Both the position numbers and the translations under genes were made by a program. 12,153 bases of DNA from Methanobacteriota archaeon (GTDB lineage: Archaea > Thermoplasmatota > E2 > JACPAO01 > JAHWKR01). Positions 6,806-12,153 of this stretch are shown in pieces (within the stretch, counting starts at the first letter, position 1; each line of letters begins with the position of its first letter). Where the stretch lies: the NCBI GenBank assembly GCA_019347805.1, contig JAHWKR010000032.1, positions 1 to 12,153 of the forward strand, read 5' to 3'. The notes under the pieces were generated by a model. The model was not told the origin of the DNA. It was given only the letters and a program-made list of their open reading frames with translations, and did not search any database.

Positions 6806-7030
6806 ATGCACTCTACCCCCTCCAGGCCTAGCGATGGCTCCGATCGTCACCGTCGGACCATCGCTAGGATCCTGGGACTCCGCGACCACCACGACGTCCA
6901 GGCTCTCCTCGAGGCCCTCCGTCACGAGCTCCGCATCGTCCAGGTCGACCACCGGCTCGACGGCGTCGACCGTGCCCTCATGAACCTCCTGCAGTCGATG
7001 GACGATTCGAACGGGAGACCGGGGGTCTGA
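6806..7030 (+). CDS. Hypothetical small helical protein (74 aa). Strand assignment is uncertain.
   Basis: High GC3. Its stop overlaps the ATG of the next small ORF (TGAGATG). An antisense ORF (6791..7312) has similar GC3. Confidence 0.35.
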   Translation: MHSTPSRPSDGSDRHRRTIARILGLRDHHDVQALLEALRHELRIVQVDHRLDGVDRALMNLLQSMDDSNGRPGV

Positions 7031-7031
7031 G

Positions 7032-7154
7032 ATGTCTAACAGGGGCCGTTCATGGTTGTTCGATGTCGCTCTCGACATCGCCCTGAACGTGCTCCTTGTC
7101 GTCGGTGCCGCCCTTTTCCTGACCTTCCTGGCGGTGATGATCGCTGGCTCCTGA
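7032..7154 (+). CDS. Single-TM micro-protein (40 aa) upstream of the SPFH gene.
   Basis: MSNRGRSWLFDVALDIALNVLLVVGAALFLTFLAVMIAGS. Coupled to the upstream ORF. Below the ORF-track cut-off. Confidence 0.35.
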   Translation: MSNRGRSWLFDVALDIALNVLLVVGAALFLTFLAVMIAGS

Positions 7155-7220
7155 CGAGCTCGAGGACCGCCTCGAGGCCCTACGCAAACGCGCCCAAAAA
7201 CTCCGAAAGAGGACCCCCAA

Positions 7221-8081
7221 ATGATCCTGAAAGACTCCCACCAGACCCGAAAACGGAAGCTCATCCTGAAGACCGTCGGCATCGCCTTGGCCGTCCTCTT
7301 CGCCCTGGTCATGTTCAGCTCGACCTACGTCGTCGGCGCCGGCGAGCGCGCCGTCATCTACAACAGCCTTGGACACGGCGTCCACCCGGAGCCGGTCGGC
7401 GAAGGACTGCACTTCAAAGTGCCGTTCTTCTCGACCGCCACCACCTACGACGTCCGAGAGAACCTCTACAAGACCAGCGCCACGAGCGCCTCGAGGGACC
7501 TGCAGGAGGTCTCGACCGCGGTCGCCGTCCGCTATGCCCCCGAGCCGGAATGGACGCCGTGGATCCACCAGAACTTCGGCGAATCCTACGCCTCGAAGAT
7601 CATCGCACCCGGCGTCCAGGAATCGGTCAAGAGCGCCACCGCGCAATACAACGCCGAGGAGCTCATCACCAAGCGCCCCATGGTCAAGCTGACCATCATC
7701 GAGGCCCTCCGCGAGCGGCTCGCGAAACAGCACATCATCCTGCAGGAGATGGACATCACCGATTTCCAGTTCTCCGAGTCGTTCGACGCCGCGATCGAGG
7801 CGAAGGTCACTGCCGAGCAGCGCGCCCTCGAGGAGAAGAACCGCCTCGAGCAGATCCGCCACCAGGCCGAGCAGCGCGTCGTCCAGGCCCAGGCCGAAGC
7901 CGACGCCGTCTTGATCGGCGCCGAGGCCGACGCGAACCGCACCCGCATGATCAACGAGCAGCTCTCCGTCTCGCCGCTCTACCTGCGGTATCTGTGGATC
8001 ACGACCTGGAACGGCGAGCTCCCCCGCTTCCTGGGCGGCGACGACGTCTCCATGCTCTACGGGATCCCGGAGGAACCGTGA
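7221..8081 (+). CDS. SPFH/band-7 protein, prohibitin-like, with an N-terminal TM anchor (286 aa).
   Basis: GERAVIYNSLGHGV...GEGLHFKVPFF and QNFGESYASKIIAPGVQESVKSATAQYNAEELITKRPMV align with the prohibitin core. A coiled-coil follows (EAKVTAEQRALEEKNRLEQIRHQAEQRVVQAQAEAD). AGAGGA lies 8 nt upstream of the ATG. Confidence 0.85.
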   Translation: MILKDSHQTRKRKLILKTVGIALAVLFALVMFSSTYVVGAGERAVIYNSLGHGVHPEPVGEGLHFKVPFFSTATTYDVRENLYKTSATSASRDLQEVSTAVAVRYAPEPEWTPWIHQNFGESYASKIIAPGVQESVKSATAQYNAEELITKRPMVKLTIIEALRERLAKQHIILQEMDITDFQFSESFDAAIEAKVTAEQRALEEKNRLEQIRHQAEQRVVQAQAEADAVLIGAEADANRTRMINEQLSVSPLYLRYLWITTWNGELPRFLGGDDVSMLYGIPEEP

Positions 8082-8226
8082 CCAACCACGTCATGACGCC
8101 CGCGGGGTCCAGGGTCACCGCCCAGCTCTGCCGGCCCGATCTCACCACCCCCGGCAGGCGCAACGGTGTCTACCTGAGCGGAATCGGCGTCCAAAAACTG
8201 TGCCCCAACTGCCTCTTGCGCATCAA

Positions 8227-8239
8227 CGCGATTATCGCG
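8227..8239. repeat. Palindrome CGCGATTATCGCG at the junction of two convergent operons.
   Basis: Perfect 6-bp arms around a central T. Lies between the SPFH stop (8081) and the HExxH gene stop (8283). Confidence 0.25.
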
Positions 8240-8282
8240 CTCTTACGCCCCCACGCTCACCTGCAGTTGCCAAGCGGGCGGC

Positions 8283-8600
8283 TCACGCTCGAGGGGGCTC
8301 AGCCTTCGAGCTCCAACGCAGCACCATGAGGCCGAGGACGCCGGCGAGGACCACCGTGGCGGGATTGAGGACCCGATGGTGGTCGCCGACGTCGGCGACG
8401 TCCTGGCCGACGTCGACGGTGCGAGTGTAATTGGCCGCTTTGCCCTCCATCCAGACCCGGGGCGTGCTGTTGATCCGGAAGCCGCCATCATAGCCGTTCC
8501 AGCGGTCTAGGCCGGCGTGGCCCAGCTCGTGGAAGACAGTGACCGCGGCGACGATCCCGATCGAGCCGAGGAGGAACCGGCTGACGTAGCCCATGGTCAC
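8283..8600 (-). CDS. Small membrane protein with an intramembrane HExxH motif (105 aa). A mini site-2-protease-like (M50-like) core. Last gene of the minus-strand operon.
   Basis: TM1 FLLGSIGIVAAVTVFHELGHAG, then a C-terminal TM with NPATVVLAGVLGLMVL. In M50 proteases the second motif is NxxPxxxxDG; here the Asp ligand position is Ala. GTG start in a GTGA overlap. High GC3. Confidence 0.5.
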   Translation of the reverse strand: MTMGYVSRFLLGSIGIVAAVTVFHELGHAGLDRWNGYDGGFRINSTPRVWMEGKAANYTRTVDVGQDVADVGDHHRVLNPATVVLAGVLGLMVLRWSSKAEPPRA

Positions 8601-9148
8601 CGCTTCCGGCGTCGCCTCGAGGGCGCCGGGCTCGAGCTCGAGGTCTTGCGGCCGAAGATGGTCACCGCGGCGACGGCCAGGACGCCAAGCGTCAGAAGCG
8701 TGCTCCCAACGGCCTCAGCTCCGCCGTCCTGCGACTTGTCCCGGTTCGGGTTCTGGTCGCCCGGCACGAACGGATCCACGATGAAGCCAAAGAAATCGGC
8801 GAAGGCGTCGCCCATGTTGCGGACGTTGTCCGCGACCGCTTTGCCGAGCAGTGAGCTCCCCACGGCCAGGCCACCGCCGACCGCAGCCACGCCGCCCGCG
8901 CGGGCCGCGCTGCGGCCGACGATCTTGCCGGGTGTGTTCGGGTCGACCTTTCGGATCGCCCGCGTCACCGCGTCGAGGTTCGCGAGGTCGGCCTTTCTAG
9001 TCAGGTCGCCGAGGTCGTTGTCGAGCCTGTTCGCCAGGTGCCCGACGTCGTCGCCGGCGCGCGTGGCACCGAAAATGGCTTCGTCGGCATACTTGGCGGC
9101 CTTCGGTGCTTTGCCGAACAGTTTTGCGATTCCTGTGCCTAATCCCAT
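8597..9148 (-). CDS. Hypothetical protein with a glycine-zipper hydrophobic segment and a C-terminal TM anchor plus Arg/Lys tail (183 aa).
   Basis: AARAGGVAAVGGGLAVGSSLLG mid-protein. The C-terminus AVGSTLLTLGVLAVAAVTIFGRK...RRRRKR is a TM followed by a basic tail. Tight junction with both neighbours. Confidence 0.5.
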   Translation of the reverse strand: MGLGTGIAKLFGKAPKAAKYADEAIFGATRAGDDVGHLANRLDNDLGDLTRKADLANLDAVTRAIRKVDPNTPGKIVGRSAARAGGVAAVGGGLAVGSSLLGKAVADNVRNMGDAFADFFGFIVDPFVPGDQNPNRDKSQDGGAEAVGSTLLTLGVLAVAAVTIFGRKTSSSSPAPSRRRRKR

Positions 9149-10033
9149 CTATGTCGTGCTCCTTTTGCGTTTCCGTGCGGTGAAAGCGAGTCCTAGGCCG
9201 ACGACGAGCGCCAGGCCGATGCCCATGGCGGTCGGGCGACCCTGGACGTCGACGAGGCCTCCGAGGAGGCCACCATCGCCACCAGGTGAGTCAGATCCAT
9301 CGCCATCTTCTGGGTCGGCTCCGCCGGCGCCGGCGCCGGCGCCAGGTGTGCCGGTGCCACCGGTGAGCCAATCGAGGTAGCCTTCGCTGAATCCGGGGAC
9401 GATGTCCGGATCGGGGCCGGCATCTTGCGAGCCCCCGCCGCCGTTCGTGGCGTCCTTGATGAATGCGATCGTCGGAGCCGCGGCCGCAGCCCCACTGGCG
9501 CCGGCGGCGCCGAGGGCGAGGTTCCTGCGCCAGGCGGCGCGTCGTGCGGCCGCCTCGGCGGGTTCGTCGGCCTTCTTGACCGCCGTCTCGAGGACCTCGT
9601 CGGTCTTGCCACCGACCTTCTTCTCGGCCTTGAGCATGCGGCTGACCAGGTCGTCGCCGGAGTCGAGCTTCTTGGACGCCTTCTGGAATGCCAAGCGGGA
9701 GGCCTCGTCAGCGCTCCTCGAAGCCGTGCTCCCGAACAGGTCGGTCGCCTTCCTCCGGAGGCCTCGTCCGAGGGGACCAAGGGCTTTCAGGGCTCCAAGC
9801 GATCCCACAGTGATCGCAAGATCCGTAACCGCCTCCTTCTTGTTTTTCGGCGAGAAGAAGGCGACCACGTGCCCTGCAGGTCCGAGCGCCGTCGTGGCGT
9901 TCTTCTGGACATTGTCGCGGCTCGGTTGCATCACATCGAGCGGGATCATGCCGCCGGCGAAGTCACGGGCGATCGTCGCGACCTGGTCGCTCTTCTTGTT
10001 CCAAGGCGTGTAGGACTGCGGTGCGGTGGCCAC
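9149..10033 (-). CDS. Lys-rich helical protein with a Gly/Asp/Pro low-complexity linker and a C-terminal TM anchor plus basic tail. The start is uncertain: the GTG at 10033 overlaps the upstream TAG, while the ORF track extends to 10489.
   Basis: C-terminus GRPTAMGIGLALVVGLGLAFTARKRKRSTT. Linker TGGTGTPGAGAGAGGADPEDGDGSDSPGGDGG. The first about 150 aa of the longer ORF are Arg/His-rich and overlap the upstream gene. Confidence 0.45.
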   Translation of the reverse strand: MATAPQSYTPWNKKSDQVATIARDFAGGMIPLDVMQPSRDNVQKNATTALGPAGHVVAFFSPKNKKEAVTDLAITVGSLGALKALGPLGRGLRRKATDLFGSTASRSADEASRLAFQKASKKLDSGDDLVSRMLKAEKKVGGKTDEVLETAVKKADEPAEAAARRAAWRRNLALGAAGASGAAAAAPTIAFIKDATNGGGGSQDAGPDPDIVPGFSEGYLDWLTGGTGTPGAGAGAGGADPEDGDGSDSPGGDGGLLGGLVDVQGRPTAMGIGLALVVGLGLAFTARKRKRSTT

Positions 10034-10770
10034 TAGGCGTTCCTCCCTATCGCTACGACAGCGACGATGATCGCGACGTACGTCACGATGGCGACGTTCG
10101 GGCTCGCCGGCGTCTCGGTGGGCCCTTCGGCCGTGGTGGCGGGCGTGGACGTCGTCGCCGGTGAGGACCTGGTCGTCGACGTCGTCGTCGTCGTCGACGC
10201 CGGCGGGGCGGGCGGTGCGGGCTGCGCGGTCGGGGTGGGTGTGACCTTGGCTTTGGGGGCCGCAGGGGCGGGGTGTGCGGCGAGGAACAGCTTGTCGATG
10301 TTGTCCTGGACGGCGCTGAAGCGATCGATGTAGTGTTTGGTCTCCCAGAATTGGGGCCAGGTCATGCCCACCTGGAACGCCTGGATTCTCTGTTCTCGCG
10401 TCGGCTTTGGAGCCGGCGGTGTGTTCGTCCCCGTGAATCGGCCGGGTTCTGATCTCATTTCGCCCAGCATGGTCTCCGGAGTACGCCAAATGGTGTGCTG
10501 GTAGCCAGTGTGGGCGAAGAAACCCCCTCCCATAGACAACGTGTTGTTGGGGTCACGCTCCTCGGTCTTGCCAGTCGGGTCGTAGATCTCCGTACCCATG
10601 AGGGTCGCGTCGCGGGGGATGCGTGAGAGACGGTCATGGATAGCGGCGTCTGGGATGGGCGAGGCGAACGGCAGAAGGAATCCGATCTGCTGTTGGCCAC
10701 GCCTGTACCCCCTGGAATTGTAGGGTCCGCTCACTCCACCACCGATAACCTCGAACTCAGTGTGCGCCAT
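10033..10770 (-). CDS. Tail-anchored protein: an N-domain paralogous to the next gene, then a Thr/Pro-rich linker, then a C-terminal TM with a short basic tail (245 aa).
   Basis: Linker PAPAAPKAKVTPTPTAQPAPPAPPASTTTTTSTTRSSPATTSTPATTAEGPTETPASP (about 10099-10272). Anchor NVAIVTYVAIIVAVVAIGRNA. No signal peptide. Shares TEI(Y/F)..PTGK and P.P.PxxEQ(R/K)I(Q/R)(A/F)(F/W)Q.G with the gene at 10771..11433. Confidence 0.6.
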   Translation of the reverse strand: MAHTEFEVIGGGVSGPYNSRGYRRGQQQIGFLLPFASPIPDAAIHDRLSRIPRDATLMGTEIYDPTGKTEERDPNNTLSMGGGFFAHTGYQHTIWRTPETMLGEMRSEPGRFTGTNTPPAPKPTREQRIQAFQVGMTWPQFWETKHYIDRFSAVQDNIDKLFLAAHPAPAAPKAKVTPTPTAQPAPPAPPASTTTTTSTTRSSPATTSTPATTAEGPTETPASPNVAIVTYVAIIVAVVAIGRNA

Positions 10771-11433
10771 CTACACCATCCCTCCTATGACGAGGGCGCC
10801 GATCGCGACGACGCCGAGGACCGCGAAGGCCGGGAACTTGCTGACCGGTGCATCCGTGCCGTCCGTGCCGTCCTCGCCAGGATCTCCTCGAGCGCCGATC
10901 GGCCCCATCGGCCCAGGATCTCCCTTCGGGCCCTGAGGGCCAGCTGGGCCACGCTCGGGCTTGGGAAGGAGATCCGTGAGGAGGGGGGCCTTGAACTCGA
11001 TCCGGACGCGGCCGTCGCTCTGCAGCGAGGCGTTCGGGTTCGACGGGTCGAAGGCGCCCCAGAACGTGTCCGGCTGCAGCTTCGACTGCCAGCCCTGGTC
11101 CTGCCAGAACCGTATCTTCTGTTCCGGCGTCGGGAGCGGGATCCCGAGCGCCTGGTGGAAGCGTTCGCTGCCGACGCCCTTGATGACCGCGGTATAGCTG
11201 GCGCCGTCGACGTTGCCACCGTGGAGATACTCGTGGGCGGCCTGCTCGCTGACCCCATAGCCAGGCGACGATCGCTTCCCGGTCGGGTTGATCTCGGTGA
11301 AGAAGATCTCCGTCAAGACCTCGCTGACCGAGATAGGCTGCTTCGGGCGCCCCCAGTGGTCCTTCCCTGCGAGCTCCTGCAGAGCCTGGTTATAGTGACT
11401 CAGTACCACCACCTCCGGGCGGGCGGCGGCCAC
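10771..11433 (-). CDS. Tail-anchored collagen-like protein: N-domain, then 11 G-X-Y triplets, then a C-terminal TM (220 aa, GTG start).
   Basis: GPAGPQGPKGDPGPMGPIGARGDPGEDGTDGTD, encoded at 10852-10950, directly precedes the anchor FPAFAVLGVVAIGALVIGGMV. The N-domain is a paralog of the downstream gene. No signal peptide. Confidence 0.6.
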   Translation of the reverse strand: MAAARPEVVVLSHYNQALQELAGKDHWGRPKQPISVSEVLTEIFFTEINPTGKRSSPGYGVSEQAAHEYLHGGNVDGASYTAVIKGVGSERFHQALGIPLPTPEQKIRFWQDQGWQSKLQPDTFWGAFDPSNPNASLQSDGRVRIEFKAPLLTDLLPKPERGPAGPQGPKGDPGPMGPIGARGDPGEDGTDGTDAPVSKFPAFAVLGVVAIGALVIGGMV

Positions 11434-11581
11434 CCCCGAGATAGATCAGGAGGTTGTTGATCGCCTTCGTGTTGTTGTCGAGCGCTTTTTGGAAGCGCGG
11501 CTCCCGGCGCATGAACCAGAAGGTGACCACGATCGGGAAACCGACGTTCGCGACGAGCTGGACGGTCTCAGGGTCGAGCAT
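11390..11581 (-). CDS. Small single-TM protein (63 aa) between the fibre-like and collagen-like genes. A holin-like role is speculative.
   Basis: MLDPETVQLVANVGFPIVVTFWFMRREPRFQK... has one hydrophobic helix and a basic flank. Its ATG is 3 nt after the upstream stop. It overlaps the start of the next gene in another frame. Mostly GC3-biased. Confidence 0.35.
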   Translation of the reverse strand: MLDPETVQLVANVGFPIVVTFWFMRREPRFQKALDNNTKAINNLLIYLGGGRRPPGGGGTESL

Positions 11582-11584
11582 GGA

Positions 11585-12153
11585 TCAGGCCCCCAGGAAG
11601 GTGACGCTGAGATGCGTGGTAACGTCGGTGAGCGCAGTAGTACCATACGTGTCGAGACCGCCGCCACTGTTTTGAAAGCCTTGCAGCTCGAGGTAGTCGT
11701 TCGCTGCGAGCTCCACGACACCATAGAGAGGCACACCAATGACCTCGGTGACGGCCGCGGGCAGGTAACCCGAAACGATACCACTTCCGGCCCCGTTCTT
11801 GCGGACACGGGCTCGGCGATGGCCGGTGGCGCTCGCTGCAAACACCAAGGTGCCTGTGATCAAGTACTTGCCTGCATAGGGAACGGTCACACGCGTGTTG
11901 TTCACAGCAGGGTCGTGCATGGCGTCCGTGTCGACGACATCGGCACCATCCAGGGCGACGCTCGTCCAATTCGCAGTCGCTATGTTTTCGGCGGCGGCCT
12001 TGATCGCCATACATGCGATCGCGCTGAGTTTCGTCGGGCTGATCCCGGTGGCGACCTTGTCGTCGGTGACGCATCCTGTCCCGAGCAGACTCTCGATGAT
12101 GAAACCGGCGCCCATCTTCGCACGCCCGGCGGCGTCCGCGGTGAGGATCCCGT
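11585..12153 (-). CDS. Tail-fibre-like protein with a C-terminal C1q/TNF-like jelly-roll domain. Partial: the reading frame continues past the window edge.
   Basis: VTDDKVATGISPTKLSAIA resembles the DG(A/S)IT.AKLA repeats of phage fibre proteins. The C-domain VPYAGKYLITGTLVFAASATGHRRARVRKNG...DYLELQGFQNSGGGLDTYG...THLSVTFLG follows the C1q/TNF pattern (KNG, alternating beta strands). There is no stop upstream of Met 12115. Confidence 0.6.
   Translation of the reverse strand, partial: GILTADAAGRAKMGAGFIIESLLGTGCVTDDKVATGISPTKLSAIACMAIKAAAENIATANWTSVALDGADVVDTDAMHDPAVNNTRVTVPYAGKYLITGTLVFAASATGHRRARVRKNGAGSGIVSGYLPAAVTEVIGVPLYGVVELAANDYLELQGFQNSGGGLDTYGTTALTDVTTHLSVTFLGA

Larger units (their letters stand above)
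3445..12153. mobile_element. Putative integrated element (provirus or integrative plasmid). Left end is at the tRNA-Pro. The right end is not in the window.
   Basis: The tRNA is immediately followed by a convergent tyrosine integrase, a lysogeny-like regulatory operon (RHH and Zn-finger genes), lower-GC cassettes and a tail-fibre-like module. No second att copy was found inside the window. Confidence 0.5.

Noticed and set aside
7050-8329. Long Arg-rich ORFs overlapping the SPFH gene (7052..8329 plus, 7050..7862 minus, 7586..7954 minus)
   Set aside because: Same reasoning. The SPFH frame aligns with prohibitin along its length.
9149-10489. Full 446-aa extent of the track ORF
   Set aside because: The first about 150 aa are Arg/His-rich and overlap the 3' half of the upstream gene (10033..10770) in another frame. 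A GTG start overlapping the upstream TAG (at 10033) fits the tight junctions seen throughout this operon.
10771-11433. Possible lytic transglycosylase or lysozyme-like identity for the N-domain of the collagen-like protein
   Set aside because: It rested only on a vague YNxA resemblance. The domain is instead clearly paralogous to the neighbouring anchored protein and has no catalytic Glu motif that I can identify.
1-12153. CRISPR arrays, rRNA, transposase or IS elements
   Set aside because: No regularly spaced direct repeats, no rRNA-like conserved stretches and no DDE-transposase-like ORFs or terminal inverted repeats were seen.
3498-12153. A second (attR) copy of the tRNA 3' end inside the window
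   Set aside because: Only an 8-nt partial match (CTGGGCGG at about 8031) was found. That is too short to call, so the right boundary is presumed to be outside the window.

Overview
High-GC window (~65-70% GC). Positions 1-3440 look like ordinary chromosome: a class II fumarate hydratase, two tandem paralogous acidic-loop membrane proteins and a convergent conserved hypothetical. A tRNA-Pro-like gene follows at 3445-3517. A tyrosine integrase sits immediately downstream of it and is the last gene of a tightly overlapping minus-strand operon of small Zn-finger and ribbon-helix-helix (RHH) proteins, the expected layout for an element integrated at a tRNA. Further right, still inside the presumed element, are a divergent second RHH gene with a lower-GC membrane-protein gene, a three-gene plus-strand cassette ending in an SPFH/prohibitin-like protein, and a compact minus-strand operon from 8283 to the window edge. 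That operon encodes a tail-fibre-like C1q/TNF-like protein (partial), a small transmembrane (TM) protein, and four consecutive proteins with a globular or low-complexity N-region, a linker (collagen-like G-X-Y, or Thr/Pro-rich), then a C-terminal TM helix with a basic tail and no N-terminal signal peptide. It ends in a tiny membrane protein with an intramembrane HExxH motif. Two of the anchored proteins are clear paralogs with swapped linkers. This operon is the best candidate for something undescribed. Promoter architecture (8-bp TATA about 24-31 nt upstream of a start codon) and the very acidic loops suggest an archaeal, possibly haloarchaeon-like, host. The FumC is also very similar to actinobacterial enzymes, so the host domain is unresolved. 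All calls are from reading the sequence; no searches were run.
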